In this document: piece after piece, positions 20,233-30,364 of the stretch
Layout of the letters: each line of letters begins with the position of its first letter
How positions within the stretch are numbered: the first letter of the stretch is position 1
Assembly (NCBI RefSeq): GCF_900187275.1
Contig: NZ_LT906458.1
Coordinates: 1,440,001 to 1,472,000, forward strand
Direction: 5' to 3'
Length of the DNA: 32,000 bases
Source: Pasteurella multocida
GTDB taxonomy: Bacteria > Pseudomonadota > Gammaproteobacteria > Enterobacterales > Pasteurellaceae
The notes under the pieces: generated by a model
Seen by the model: the letters and a program-made list of their open reading frames with translations, nothing else
Database searches by the model: none
Told to the model about the DNA's origin: nothing
Translations under genes and position numbers: made by a program

Positions 20233-20322
20233 ATAATTTCATTATTTCATTATTTCATTATTTCATTATTTCATTATTTCATTATTTCATTATTTCATTA
20301 TTTCATTATTTCATTATTTCAT
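20233..20322. repeat. Tandem array of the 8-mer ATTATTTC (10 perfect copies plus one 1-mismatch copy)
   Basis: Counted base by base. Only 8 nt (ACACAATC) separate it from the 9-mer array. Confidence 0.98.
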
Positions 20323-20494
20323 CAAGTTAAATATCTACGCCATACTATTGTATAAAAGAAAGGTATTTTTAACACTCATCGGCATAATATTGCATTTTTC
20401 CCTACCTTACAGGAACCTATACAACAATTTTACTCATCTGCATTATTATCAATAAGACACTCATCAGACCACACAAGAAAATGTAATTCATTGA

Positions 20495-20517
20495 AAAGTA
20501 AAGTAAAGTAAAGTAAA
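20495..20517. repeat. Short pentanucleotide repeat AAAGT x 4.6
   Basis: Read directly. It lies about 160 bp upstream of the adhesin ATG. Confidence 0.8.
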
Positions 20518-20674
20518 TCAATTGTAATGAAAGATATGCAAATATATATTTCTGTATGGTTAAATTTACAATTTTGTATATAATATATGCGCAATTTGCT
20601 TAAACTGCAAACAGCATATAGAAATATACAATAACTTTTCATTTTTATTCATCTTCTTAATTTAAGGATATTAT

Positions 20675-21910
20675 ATGTTAAAAAAACACAACATTTTTAT
20701 GTTAGGTATTTTTGCACTCATTAGCTCAGCTAATTATGCTGCTGTCGATAGTGATGGAAATATCAAAGAAGGCAGAAATGCTGGAACTAATACAGTAGGC
20801 AAAAATAATGTTGCTATTTCTACAAATGCTGGACGTAATGTAACAGGAGATACCAATGTTGCTATTTCTGCTGATGCAGGTCAACAGGTCAAAGGTAATA
20901 ATAATATTTCTATTTCATACAAAGCTGGAAATAATGTGGATGGAAGTAATAATATAGCTATGGGACGTGCATCTGGTTCTGAAGTTAATGGATCCTTTAA
21001 TTCATCACTTGGCTATATGGCGGGGCGTGATATTGGTAAAAGCGGTAAATCCCATGCTAATCAAAGTTCAGGTATCTTTAGTGGAAACAACGTTCAAGGA
21101 AATGCAAATATTGCTAATGGAGCTTATGCAGGTCGAAATGTGACTGGAAACGGTAATATTGCTAATGGTGCAGGAGCAGGTATTGGTGTGAAGGGTGATA
21201 GCAATATTGCAATTGGTAATGCCGCTGGGACAAAAACAAAAACTAGCCATATGATAAATAAACGAGTTACCGCCAGCCTCGACCCTAATAAAGAAATCAC
21301 TGTTGTTGAACATCAGGTTAGCAATACTGTAAGCTTAGGTACTTCTGCAGTTTCTATGGAAACTGATGCAGTTGCATTAGGTAGTTCTTCAGTCTCAGAT
21401 ATAGCTAAGGGTGAAGTAGGCTTTTTAGCAGAAAATGAGCAAAATGCAACATGGAAATCAACACGTGCTGGGGTATCCGTAGGTAAAGATAGCCATAATG
21501 AGGATGAAAAAATAACTCGTCAAATCCATAATCTTTCAGCAGGTTCAAAAGATACTGATGCAGTCAACGTAGCACAACTTAAGAAAGTCAATACCACTGT
21601 CGACCAAAATACAAAAAATGTGGCTAACCTCAGAGTGGATTTCCATCATTTAGAAAATAAACTTAATACTATTAACTCTGACTTGAAAGCAGGTATTGCC
21701 GGTTCAACCGCTATCGCAAACTTACCACAAGCGTTCCGTAATGGTCAATCCATGGTATCTGTTGCCGTAGGCTCTTATAGAGGTCAATCTGCAGCGGCAT
21801 TTGGTATTAGTCGTATGGCGGAAAATTCACCTATCGTCTTCAAAGCATCCGGTAGTGCTAATACACAAGGTCATTTCAACGTCGGAGCCGGTATTGGTTG
21901 GGGATGGTAA
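20675..21910 (+). CDS. Trimeric autotransporter adhesin (YadA/UspA-like, compact 411 aa)
   Basis: It has a signal peptide (MLKKHNIFMLGIFALISSANYA) and about 9 head repeats of the NxAIxxxAGxxVxGxx type. A neck/stalk segment follows (SKDTDAVNVAQLKKV), then a coiled coil and a C-terminal YadA-type anchor ending in NVGAGIGWGW. AAGGA lies 6 nt upstream of the ATG. Confidence 0.88.
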   Translation: MLKKHNIFMLGIFALISSANYAAVDSDGNIKEGRNAGTNTVGKNNVAISTNAGRNVTGDTNVAISADAGQQVKGNNNISISYKAGNNVDGSNNIAMGRASGSEVNGSFNSSLGYMAGRDIGKSGKSHANQSSGIFSGNNVQGNANIANGAYAGRNVTGNGNIANGAGAGIGVKGDSNIAIGNAAGTKTKTSHMINKRVTASLDPNKEITVVEHQVSNTVSLGTSAVSMETDAVALGSSSVSDIAKGEVGFLAENEQNATWKSTRAGVSVGKDSHNEDEKITRQIHNLSAGSKDTDAVNVAQLKKVNTTVDQNTKNVANLRVDFHHLENKLNTINSDLKAGIAGSTAIANLPQAFRNGQSMVSVAVGSYRGQSAAAFGISRMAENSPIVFKASGSANTQGHFNVGAGIGWGW

Positions 21911-21936
21911 TTTTATTATCATTTGTCAATGCAATG

Positions 21937-21968
21937 AATACGGTAAGCTAAAGCTTACCGTATTTTAT
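21937..21968 (+). terminator. Rho-independent terminator after the adhesin gene
   Basis: AATACGGTAAGCT pairs with AGCTTACCGTATT, followed by a T-rich tail. Confidence 0.7.
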
Positions 21969-22100
21969 GTATTTTCTATTCTCTTATATCCTCTTTTTTT
22001 ATCCTTATTTTTTCTTTTATCTACTTTCTCCTGTAAGAGATAACTATCCTTTCCGTCTAATACATGACAAATTTATAAGATAAAATATAAAGGAAATAAC

Positions 22101-22520
22101 ATGCTATTATATTGTAAAAAACTTCAACAGTCTGATCTTGATATGATCGTACTTCGACTTGTCGTTATTCTGCTCTTTTTTATTTTTGCTAATACTAAAT
22201 GGTTTGAATTTGAAGTAGAAGCTCTGAAACCAATTATTTCCGCTAGCTGGTTAAGCTTTCTTTACGACTTATTTGGTGTATATAAAACAAGTTATTTATT
22301 AGGGATTATCGAAACTCTGGCTTATCTCGGCTTAATTATCGGATTTAGACAGCCTAAAGCAGGGTTATTGGGTAGTGGCTTAGTCCTTATCACAGCACTG
22401 GTCACAGTAAGTCTATTACCGCAATTAGGGTTTAATGGGTTTATTTTTAAAGATATTTTATTAATTGGCATCGCACTCGTTTTATTTAAATATGATTTAA
22501 ATCGTGCTTACCCTCTTTGA
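22101..22520 (+). CDS. DUF417 (YkgB/RclC-like) small inner-membrane protein
   Basis: 139 aa with about 4 TM helices. Its segment order resembles E. coli RclC as recalled (IVLRLVVILLFFIF.., LLGIIETLAYLGLII, AGLLGSGLVLITALVTVSLL, FIFKDILLIGIALVL). Confidence 0.55.
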   Translation: MLLYCKKLQQSDLDMIVLRLVVILLFFIFANTKWFEFEVEALKPIISASWLSFLYDLFGVYKTSYLLGIIETLAYLGLIIGFRQPKAGLLGSGLVLITALVTVSLLPQLGFNGFIFKDILLIGIALVLFKYDLNRAYPL

Positions 22521-22540
22521 GAACATGTACAATCTGGTAA

Positions 22541-22580
22541 GAAAAAATGGAAAGTTAAACCCTTTCCATTTTTTATTTTT
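22541..22580. terminator. Bidirectional terminator between the DUF417 gene and lipA
   Basis: ATGGAAAG (22547-22554) pairs with CTTTCCAT (22562-22569). An A-run precedes it and a T-run follows. Confidence 0.7.
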
Positions 22581-22597
22581 CAAGTTTTATCAAGGCA

Positions 22598-23560
22598 TTA
22601 TTTCACAATTTCGCCTTTGGCTTGCAAGTCTGCATGATAAGAAGAACGCACAAACGGACCGCAAGCAGCGTGTTCAAAGCCCATAGCTTGTGCTTTATCA
22701 CGGAACTCATCAAACTCTGCGGGTGGTACATAACGCGCAACAGGTAAATGATGGCGACTTGGTTGTAAATATTGCCCTAAGGTTAACATAGTCACACCAT
22801 GATCGCGTAGATCTTGCATCACTTGCAGAATCTCTTCATTAGTTTCACCTAACCCCACCATTAAACCTGATTTGGTCGGAATATGTGGAAACATCGCTTT
22901 AAAATCTTTAAGCAATTTCAAAGACCATTGATAATCTGCTCCTGGACGAATTTCACGGTATAAACGTGGTACATTTTCTAAATTATGGTTAAACACATCT
23001 GGTGGATTGTCTTTCAATTTATCCAACGCTTGCTCAATTCGCCCACGAAAATCAGGAACCAAAATCTCAATTTTGATATTTGGATTGAGCTGACGAATTT
23101 CTTTTACACATTCCGCAAAGTGACCCGCACCACGATCAGGCAAGTCATCACGATCCACCGAAGTAATCACCACATAACGCAATTTCATGTCTTGGATTGT
23201 CTCCGCTAACTTACGTGGTTCTTCAGGATCCGGCGGTAAAGGCTTACCATGCGCCACATCACAGAAAGGACAACGGCGAGTACAAATTGCCCCTAAAATC
23301 ATGAAGGTTGCTGTTCCGTGATTAAAACATTCATGTAAATTCGGGCACGATGCTTCTTCACACACTGAGTGTAAACCATGACGACGCATGCCGTTTTTAA
23401 TGCTATCAATTTTGGCAGAATTCGCAGGGAGTTTGATTTTCATCCATTCCGGTTTTTTTAATAATTCCTGATTTGGATCGATATTTTTTACCGGGATAAT
23501 GGACGTTTTAGCAGCATCACGGTATTTGACACCACGTTCCATTTTAAAAGGTGTACCCAT
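22598..23560 (-). CDS. lipA: Lipoyl synthase
   Basis: 320 aa with the radical-SAM motif CTRRCPFC and auxiliary-cluster cysteines ([12 protein letters not shown]). Confidence 0.97.
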   Translation of the reverse strand: MGTPFKMERGVKYRDAAKTSIIPVKNIDPNQELLKKPEWMKIKLPANSAKIDSIKNGMRRHGLHSVCEEASCPNLHECFNHGTATFMILGAICTRRCPFCDVAHGKPLPPDPEEPRKLAETIQDMKLRYVVITSVDRDDLPDRGAGHFAECVKEIRQLNPNIKIEILVPDFRGRIEQALDKLKDNPPDVFNHNLENVPRLYREIRPGADYQWSLKLLKDFKAMFPHIPTKSGLMVGLGETNEEILQVMQDLRDHGVTMLTLGQYLQPSRHHLPVARYVPPAEFDEFRDKAQAMGFEHAACGPFVRSSYHADLQAKGEIVK

Positions 23561-23624
23561 CTTGGTTCCTTAACTTCTAATGACGTTTGAAAGTGCGGTC
23601 GGTTTTCAACAACTTTCAGAAATG

Positions 23625-24281
23625 TTAAAAATTTGTTGCATTATATCCTAATAATTGTGCAAAGTGTGCAACTAATTTCGGTGCGACTTTTTCACAGCTT
23701 GCTTGTTGAGGATCAATGAAATCCGCTAACTGGCACATTTCTAAACCGGCATAACCACAAGGATTAATAAAATGGAATGGCGATAAATCCATATTAATAT
23801 TCAACGCCAGACCATGAAAAGAGCAACCCTTACGAATTCGTAAGCCTAAAGAACAAATCTTCTTCTCATCAATATACACACCGGGCGCATCCGCTTTGGG
23901 ATAAGCGTGAATGCCATAATCTGCTAAGGTATTCACCACCGCTTGTTCAAGCGCGCTCACTAATTGGCGTACATTAAATTCATTACCTAAGGCTTTTTGG
24001 CGTTTAATATCAATCAACACATACATCACTTGTTGTCCTAAGCCATGATAGGTGATTTGTCCACCCCGATCAGATTGCACCACTGGAATAGTCGTTTGTT
24101 GCAATAAATGTTCTGCTTTACCTGCTTGCCCTTGAGTAAAAACCGCAGGGTGTTGAACGAGCCAGATTTCATCTTGTGTATCCACATCGCGTGAATCAGT
24201 AAAGGTTTGCATTTGTTGCCAAACCGTTTGGTAATCTTGTATGCCAAGTTGGCGAACAAGTAGTGGGGATAGATTAGGCAT
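23625..24281 (-). CDS. lipB: Octanoyltransferase (lipoyl(octanoyl) transferase)
   Basis: 218 aa, colinear with E. coli LipB as recalled ([52 protein letters not shown]). Confidence 0.95.
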   Translation of the reverse strand: MPNLSPLLVRQLGIQDYQTVWQQMQTFTDSRDVDTQDEIWLVQHPAVFTQGQAGKAEHLLQQTTIPVVQSDRGGQITYHGLGQQVMYVLIDIKRQKALGNEFNVRQLVSALEQAVVNTLADYGIHAYPKADAPGVYIDEKKICSLGLRIRKGCSFHGLALNINMDLSPFHFINPCGYAGLEMCQLADFIDPQQASCEKVAPKLVAHFAQLLGYNATNF

Positions 24282-24287
24282 TTTTCG

Positions 24288-24584
24288 TTATAGCACCATT
24301 CTTACGCCATCAATTTTGGCAAGCTCAACATAAAGCACTTCGACTTGTTCAATGTGCTCTGCAATGATATCAATAGACACCGAATTGTAGGTACCTTTGC
24401 TACTTAATTGCTGACGCGGATTGTAATCCCCTTTTGCATATTTTTGTACCACAACCACAACATCATCTATCAGATCCGCACGATTCGCTCCAACAACTTT
24501 AAAGGTAAAAGCGCACGGGAATTCCAGTAGATCTTTTAATTTCGCTTGTGGCATCTCATTGAGTTTTATGATTTTTTCTGTCAT
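24288..24584 (-). CDS. ybeD: UPF0250/DUF493 protein YbeD
   Basis: 98 aa ([11 protein letters not shown] motif), in the conserved position between dacA and lipB. Confidence 0.85.
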   Translation of the reverse strand: MTEKIIKLNEMPQAKLKDLLEFPCAFTFKVVGANRADLIDDVVVVVQKYAKGDYNPRQQLSSKGTYNSVSIDIIAEHIEQVEVLYVELAKIDGVRMVL

Positions 24585-24613
24585 TGTTCCATCCTACTCT
24601 TTATCAAAGATGA

Positions 24614-24640
24614 ACCGCACTTTTCGCTAAAAAGTGCGGT
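24614..24640 (-). terminator. Inverted USS pair hairpin after dacA
   Basis: ACCGCACTTTT and AAAAGTGCGGT are separated by a 5-nt loop. Confidence 0.5.
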
Positions 24641-24686
24641 CATCAAATTGCGGTTTCTTGCTTTTCAATATGGGGTGAGTTTTTGA

Positions 24687-25886
24687 TTAATCAAACAAAC
24701 TTTTTACAGTTAGGACTAACCAATCCCAAGCCTTACCAAAAATACCGCCTTCTTGGACTTCTTGCATCACTTGTAAATCAATTTTCGCGATGTCTTTACC
24801 CTCTAATTGATAAACGACTTGACCCACCACTTCACCTTTCGCTAACGGTGCTTGCAAGTATTTTTTATTGAGTTCATAACGGGCTTTTAACTCAGTTTGT
24901 TTGCCTTTCGGGATCGTAATAAATCCATCTTGTAATACCCCTAAAGACACTTTCCCCATGTCACCATAATAAACAGATTGCTCAGAAATCGCTTTACCGG
25001 CTTCAAGGGTTTTAAAAGTATCAAAATTCGCGAATCCCCACTGCAATAATTTTTTACTTTCGACTTCACGTCCTTTAATCGTTGGTACACCCATCACCAC
25101 CGAAATCAAACGCATATTGTTTGCATTGGTCGCTGAAGCAACTAAGTTATAACCTGCTTTATCCGTATGCCCCGTTTTAATGCCATCCACTTGAATGCTT
25201 TTATCCCATAACAAGCCATTACGGTTATTCTGTTTAATCTTATTAAAAGTAAAATCCTTTTCCGCGTAAATTTTATATTCTTCCGGTAAATCACGGATTA
25301 AATGCGCACCAATAATCGCCATATCGCGGGCAGAGGAATATTGATTATCCTCATCTAAACCATGTACCGTGGTAAAATGCGTATTTTTTAAGCCAAATTG
25401 TTGCGCATATTTATTCATAGCGTCAACAAAGGCAGGTACAGAACCAGCAACATGCTCTGCAATGGCCACAGAGGCATCATTACCTGACACAATAATCACA
25501 CCGCGGTTTAAATCAGACACAGACACTTGCTGATTTAAATTTAAGAACATTTTTGACGAGCCAGGAAAATTCTTTCCCCATGCACTTTCGCCAATCGTCA
25601 CTCTATCCGCATTATTGATTTTACCTTGTTTTAAAGCATCGCCAACGACATAACTGGTCATCATTTTTGTTAATGAGGCAGGATATTGGCGTTGGTCAGG
25701 ATTCAATGCAGCAATAACCGCACCCGAATTATAATCCATTAAAATAAAGGTTTGCGCATTCAATTGTGGCACCGCAATCCCATAATCAATATCTTGCGCC
25801 AACAAACTTGGGGCAATACATAAGCCCGTTATCAATGCGATTTTACTTTTCGTTACAACTGTTTTAAACATACTCTCCGTATCCAT
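24687..25886 (-). CDS. dacA: D-alanyl-D-alanine carboxypeptidase (PBP5/6 class)
   Basis: 399 aa with the SxxK (ASLTKMMT), SxN (VSGNDA) and KTG (IKTGHT) motifs and a C-terminal amphipathic anchor. The true start may be the internal Met (MFKTVV). Confidence 0.93.
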   Translation of the reverse strand: MDTESMFKTVVTKSKIALITGLCIAPSLLAQDIDYGIAVPQLNAQTFILMDYNSGAVIAALNPDQRQYPASLTKMMTSYVVGDALKQGKINNADRVTIGESAWGKNFPGSSKMFLNLNQQVSVSDLNRGVIIVSGNDASVAIAEHVAGSVPAFVDAMNKYAQQFGLKNTHFTTVHGLDEDNQYSSARDMAIIGAHLIRDLPEEYKIYAEKDFTFNKIKQNNRNGLLWDKSIQVDGIKTGHTDKAGYNLVASATNANNMRLISVVMGVPTIKGREVESKKLLQWGFANFDTFKTLEAGKAISEQSVYYGDMGKVSLGVLQDGFITIPKGKQTELKARYELNKKYLQAPLAKGEVVGQVVYQLEGKDIAKIDLQVMQEVQEGGIFGKAWDWLVLTVKSLFD

Positions 25887-25897
25887 CTTAAATAAGG

Positions 25898-26785
25898 TTA
25901 ATCGTCAAAGGTGTACACAATTAATGGTTTCGAGTAATTCAATTTTCTTAATTGTGCTTTGACGTCATTGACTTGAGATTTATCGCTAAACGGTCCAAAG
26001 TAAATATCAAATTTATCCTGATTTACTGTGATGTCCGCACGAATATCCTCACGTCCCAATTTACTAATTAATTTTTCAGCTTGTTTTTTTGAATCTAAAT
26101 TAAGTATACGGATTTTATAAACCGTTGTATATTTTTCAGGCTTAGTGGTCGCTGCTTTTACTGTTTTTTCTTCAGTATGTTGTGTTAATTCGACCGTATC
26201 CTCTCCTTGCAGTAACATATTGACTGCCTCTTGGTTCTTGGCTAATTTTGCCAACGTCGCACTGGCTGCGCCTGAAATTCGCCCTTGTCTATCTAACTGT
26301 ATCAGTTCCACACGCACATGACCAACACCACTACCAATTAAGCCGATTTCTCGTGCAGCAGCACGTGATAAATCAATAATTCGACCTTTTACAAAAGGTC
26401 CTCGGTCATTAATACGCACGATCACTTTACGTTGATTACGTAAATTCGTAACCAACACATAGCTGTTCAAGGGGAGCGTTTTATGCGCAGCCGTATATAA
26501 ATTTTCGTTGTAAATTTGACCACTCGCCGTTTTTCGTCCATTAAATTTTTTATGGTAAAAGCTGGCAATACCATCTCTCGCATAGCCACTGGCCTCTTTG
26601 GACGTTTGTGTGCGATAACTCACCCCTTTCACCACATAATGATGTGATTTGGTTACGGGTGCTTGATAGATCAACTTCGGGCCTTGTAAACCATAAAGCT
26701 TCTTTGCATCTATTGCTTGAGCACTCATCACATAGAATATGCAACAAAGTGCGGTCAATATTTGAAAAATTTTTTGTTTCATCAT
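25898..26785 (-). CDS. rlpA: Septal ring lytic transglycosylase RlpA (DPBB plus SPOR domains)
   Basis: 295 aa with a signal sequence, an RlpA double-psi beta-barrel (GIASFYHKKFNGRKTASGQIY..VRINDRGPF) and a C-terminal SPOR-like domain. Position is conserved between rodA and dacA. Confidence 0.9.
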   Translation of the reverse strand: MMKQKIFQILTALCCIFYVMSAQAIDAKKLYGLQGPKLIYQAPVTKSHHYVVKGVSYRTQTSKEASGYARDGIASFYHKKFNGRKTASGQIYNENLYTAAHKTLPLNSYVLVTNLRNQRKVIVRINDRGPFVKGRIIDLSRAAAREIGLIGSGVGHVRVELIQLDRQGRISGAASATLAKLAKNQEAVNMLLQGEDTVELTQHTEEKTVKAATTKPEKYTTVYKIRILNLDSKKQAEKLISKLGREDIRADITVNQDKFDIYFGPFSDKSQVNDVKAQLRKLNYSKPLIVYTFDD

Positions 26786-26831
26786 CGTTCAGTTCAATTA
26801 TTAAGAATCACTATCTAAGATAATAAATCGT

Positions 26832-27947
26832 TTAATTAGTTCCCTTTAAAAAATGTTCTTTATGGGTATGAATGGACATAATCAGCCCAAATCCTGCCAT
26901 TAAGGTAACAAAAGATGTGCCACCATAACTGACTAAAGGTAAAGGCACACCAACTACAGGCAAGATCCCGCTAACCATGCCAATATTCACAAACACATAA
27001 ATGAAGAAAATCAGCGTAATCGCGCCCACTAAAATTCGTCCAAAGGCGGTTTGAGCGTTGACTCCGATCATCAATCCGCGCCCCACAATAAATAAATAAA
27101 TGGCCATTAAAATCAGAAAGCCGATCATGCCATATTCTTCACTTAATACCGCAAAAATAAAATCCGTATGCGGTTCAGGTAAAAACTCTAACTGCGACTG
27201 TGTTCCTTCCATCCAGCCTTTACCACTTAATCCGCCCGAGCCAATCGCAATTTTTGACTGTAAAATATGAAATCCTGCCCCTAATGGATCTTTTTCTGGA
27301 TCGAAGAGTGTTAATACACGCGTTCGTTGGTAATCATGCATTAAATAGAACCACATAATCGGAATAAAGCAAGCCACCCCAACAACCGCAATCAGAATCA
27401 ACCACCAGCTCATTCCTGCTAGAAAGACGACAAATAGCCCCGATGCGCTCACCAAAATCGATGTGCCTAAATCCGGCTGAATTGCCACTAACAATGTCGG
27501 AACGAGGATTAAAATCAGTGCAATAAAGGTCTGACCTAACGTTGGTGGCAATGGTCGTTTCCCAAGGTAAACCGCCACCATCAAAGGCACTGCCAGTTTT
27601 ACAATTTCTGAGGGTTGGAAACGAAATAACCCCAGATCTAACCAGCGTTGTGCCCCTTTACTCGTCGTCCCAATCACATCCACTAAAATTAATAAAATAA
27701 TACCGACACCAAAAAGCAGAGGAGCAATGCGCTGATAAAACTTCGGCGGGAATTGTGCCATCACCAACATGACCGCAAAGCCTAAGGCAACTTGGATCAA
27801 GCGGTTACGAAACATCGCTTCATTCCCCCCTGACGCACTATATAAGACCAGTAAGCCATAACCGGAAATTACAATCAATCCGATCAACAGCCATAAATCA
27901 ATGTGCAATTTGCGCCATAAAGACAGCCAAATATTCTTTTTATGCAT
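26832..27947 (-). CDS. mrdB: Peptidoglycan glycosyltransferase RodA (SEDS family)
   Basis: 371 aa polytopic FtsW/RodA/SpoVE-family protein. Its start overlaps the mrdA stop (TAATG at 27945-27949). Confidence 0.95.
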   Translation of the reverse strand: MHKKNIWLSLWRKLHIDLWLLIGLIVISGYGLLVLYSASGGNEAMFRNRLIQVALGFAVMLVMAQFPPKFYQRIAPLLFGVGIILLILVDVIGTTSKGAQRWLDLGLFRFQPSEIVKLAVPLMVAVYLGKRPLPPTLGQTFIALILILVPTLLVAIQPDLGTSILVSASGLFVVFLAGMSWWLILIAVVGVACFIPIMWFYLMHDYQRTRVLTLFDPEKDPLGAGFHILQSKIAIGSGGLSGKGWMEGTQSQLEFLPEPHTDFIFAVLSEEYGMIGFLILMAIYLFIVGRGLMIGVNAQTAFGRILVGAITLIFFIYVFVNIGMVSGILPVVGVPLPLVSYGGTSFVTLMAGFGLIMSIHTHKEHFLKGTN

Positions 27948-29881
27948 TATTCTGAGTCCTCAGTTGCTAACGAGTCAGCAGGAGATAAACGCGATATTTG
28001 AGGCAATCGTTGCGTTAAATAATAATCCATAATTTGACGCACCACAGGCGCTGCCACACTGGATCCCCCTCCCGCATTTTCTAAAATAATCGCCACCACC
28101 ATTTTAGGATCATCATAAGGCGCATAAGCAGTAAACCAAGCATGATCATGCAATTCTTTTTTCAATCCACTCGCATCATAAGTTTGGTTTTCTTTCAAAC
28201 TAAAGACTTGCGCGGTCCCTGATTTGCCCGCAACACGATAACTGGTTCCAATGAAGGCTTTACGTCCCGTGCCATTCGCAGCATTGACCACGTTATACAT
28301 ACCTCGCTTAGCCGCGTCCCAGTAGGCCGCTTTAGGCTCAGTAATATCTTCATATAACAGTGGATCTTGGTAAGGTTCAACTGTACTGCCCTCCACACTT
28401 TTCATTAAATGTGGTGTATGAACTTTCCCTTCATTGATTAAAATACTGGTGGCTTTTGCCACTTGTAAGGGGGTGGCAATCCAATAACCCTGCCCAATCC
28501 CAACGGAAATCGTATCGCCTTGTACCCATGGGCGTTTATGGCGCTTTTGTTTCCACTCACGACTTGGCATAATCCCTGCCGTTTCTTCCTGAATATCAAT
28601 ACCTGTCGGCACACCGAAACCAAAGCGTTTCATCCAATCGGATAAACGATCAATGCCCATGTTATAAGCGGTTTGGTAAAAATATGTATCAGACGATTCC
28701 ACAATCGCTTTATTCAAGTCCGTATGCCCATGCCCCGTTTTTTTCCAATCCCGGAAACGCTTGGTAGTATTTGGTAGAACCCAATAGCCAGGATCAAAAA
28801 TGGTCATGTTTTGTGTAATCACATTTTCATGTAATGCTGCAACACCAATAAACGGTTTGACAGTCGAAGCTGGCGGATAAGCACCTTGTGTTACGCGACT
28901 ATATAAAGGACGGTTTGGATCATTTAATAACCGTTTATAATCTGCACTGGATATACCATCAACAAATAAATTGTTGTCATAACTTGGTGTGGAAACCATC
29001 GCGAGAATGCTATTATCTTTTGGATCTAACACTACAACCGCCCCTTTTTGCCCACTAAGCAAATCAGTAATATAACGTTGCAATTCTAAATCAATAGTCA
29101 AATGAATGCTTTTTCCTGCAATCGCTGGCTGTTCGCGTAATTTACGGATCACTTTACCGCGGTTATTGACTTCCACTTCTTCAAAGCCTGTACTCCCGTG
29201 TAATTGTGTTTCGTAATAACGTTCAATGCCCAATTTACCAATATCATGTGTGCCTGCGTAATTTGCAAACTTCCCTTCTTTTTTTAGGCGTTCAACATCT
29301 TTATCATTAATTTTCGCGACATAACCCAGAATATGCGTTAAGGGTTCTCCGTATAAATAATGGCGTTTAAAATACGGCTTCACTTCTAGACTGGTAAAAC
29401 GGTATTGATTGACCGAAAAACGGGCTATCTGCTCCTCAGTTAAGTGTGGTTTCAGTAAAATAGAGGTGTAACGCGAAGCGCGACGGCGCTCCTTTTTGAA
29501 ATTTTCAATATCCTCTTCCGTCAGTCCCACAATCGCTTTCAATTCTTCAAAAGTGCGCTCTAAATTTTCCACTTTTTCAGGCACAATATAGAGACCAAAA
29601 AAGGTTAAATTTTCCGCTAACAATTTGCCATAACGATCATAGATAAGCCCACGAGTAGGCGGAAGAGGTAACAATTTAATGCGGTTACCATTTGAACGAG
29701 TCTGATAACTGTCGTAATTGACGATTTGTAAATGGTATAAATTGGTTGCCAAAATTGCCGTCAGCACCCACACAAAAATAAATGAAACTAATGCTCGGCG
29801 GGCAAATAAATTGCGCTCCGATTTTTTATCTCTAATCAATTCTTGTTGTGGTTTAGCCAACAATTTTTTTAACTTTTTCAT
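27947..29881 (-). CDS. mrdA: Penicillin-binding protein 2 (elongation transpeptidase)
   Basis: 644 aa class B PBP with an N-terminal anchor, a dimerisation domain and the transpeptidase motifs STVK and KSGT. Confidence 0.96.
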   Translation of the reverse strand: MKKLKKLLAKPQQELIRDKKSERNLFARRALVSFIFVWVLTAILATNLYHLQIVNYDSYQTRSNGNRIKLLPLPPTRGLIYDRYGKLLAENLTFFGLYIVPEKVENLERTFEELKAIVGLTEEDIENFKKERRRASRYTSILLKPHLTEEQIARFSVNQYRFTSLEVKPYFKRHYLYGEPLTHILGYVAKINDKDVERLKKEGKFANYAGTHDIGKLGIERYYETQLHGSTGFEEVEVNNRGKVIRKLREQPAIAGKSIHLTIDLELQRYITDLLSGQKGAVVVLDPKDNSILAMVSTPSYDNNLFVDGISSADYKRLLNDPNRPLYSRVTQGAYPPASTVKPFIGVAALHENVITQNMTIFDPGYWVLPNTTKRFRDWKKTGHGHTDLNKAIVESSDTYFYQTAYNMGIDRLSDWMKRFGFGVPTGIDIQEETAGIMPSREWKQKRHKRPWVQGDTISVGIGQGYWIATPLQVAKATSILINEGKVHTPHLMKSVEGSTVEPYQDPLLYEDITEPKAAYWDAAKRGMYNVVNAANGTGRKAFIGTSYRVAGKSGTAQVFSLKENQTYDASGLKKELHDHAWFTAYAPYDDPKMVVAIILENAGGGSSVAAPVVRQIMDYYLTQRLPQISRLSPADSLATEDSE

Positions 29882-29893
29882 TGAATCACAGCA

Positions 29894-30361
29894 TTATTCA
29901 CGATGATATGGATGATTCATGGTCACAGACCAAGCACGATACAAACTCTCGGCGACCACAACACGCACGAGCGGATGCGGTAGCGTAAGCGGTGATAATG
30001 ACCAACTTTGTTCTGCTGCTGCTTTACATTCGGCAGACAGCCCTTCTGGACCACCAATCAGTAAACTGAGATCACGCCCATCGTTTTTCCAGACCTCTAG
30101 CTGCGTAGCCAATTGCTCCGTAGTCCAAGGTTTACCGGGAATATCTAACGTGACGATACGGCTTTTTCCACACACGGCTAACATCGCTTTGCCTTCTTGT
30201 TCTAAAATACGTTTAATGTCCGCATTTTTACCGCGTTTTCCGGCTGGAATTTCAATAAGCTCAAAAGGCATCTCTTTGGGAAAACGACGTTGATATTCTT
30301 CAAATCCCGTCGTCACCCAGTTCGGCATTTTGGTACCCACGGCAATCAGTTGAATCTTCAC
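29894..30361 (-). CDS. rlmH: 23S rRNA (pseudouridine1915-N3)-methyltransferase RlmH
   Basis: 155 aa SPOUT protein ([17 protein letters not shown]-terminus), with conserved rsfS-rlmH-mrdA order. Confidence 0.93.
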   Translation of the reverse strand: MKIQLIAVGTKMPNWVTTGFEEYQRRFPKEMPFELIEIPAGKRGKNADIKRILEQEGKAMLAVCGKSRIVTLDIPGKPWTTEQLATQLEVWKNDGRDLSLLIGGPEGLSAECKAAAEQSWSLSPLTLPHPLVRVVVAESLYRAWSVTMNHPYHRE

Positions 30362-30364
30362 TGA

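Noticed and set aside
20073-20322. CRISPR array, plasmid-type iterons or DnaA-box cluster as an explanation for the repeats
   Set aside because: The units are contiguous with no spacers, which rules out CRISPR. They are too short and too tightly packed for typical 17-22 bp iterons. The 9-mer does not fit the TTATNCACA DnaA box. No rep or cas gene is nearby.
19940-20355. ORF-track proteins of 96 aa (-) and 116 aa (+) made of VIL/LIS and IISLFHYF repeats
   Set aside because: They are translation artefacts of the 9-mer and 8-mer arrays. The - strand ORF runs through tRNA-Arg, there is no RBS, and the third frame (NIT repeats) has no start codon either.
20430-20642. 70-aa - strand ORF containing the pentanucleotide repeat, considered as a possible phase-variable gene divergent from the adhesin
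   Set aside because: Its composition is Cys/Phe/Ile/Tyr-rich, typical of translated AT-rich DNA. The RBS is weak, the repeat has only 4 copies, and the ORF overlaps the likely adhesin promoter.
21969-22040. G-free, T/C-rich stretch of about 65 nt downstream of the adhesin terminator
   Set aside because: It is simple compositional skew in AT-rich intergenic DNA. I saw no repeat unit, no pairing partner and no motif that I recognise.
21801-22686. ORFs 21801-22043 (+) and 22504-22686 (+)
   Set aside because: The first overlaps the adhesin 3' end and its terminator. The second overlaps the terminator and the antisense strand of the lipA 3' end. Both are likely spurious.
18802-23583. Absence of USS cores across the accessory segment as evidence of foreign origin
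   Set aside because: Gaps of 3-4 kb between USS cores also occur in clearly core parts of this window (for example 8.9-12.5 kb and 26.7-30.8 kb). The gap is therefore not statistically informative.
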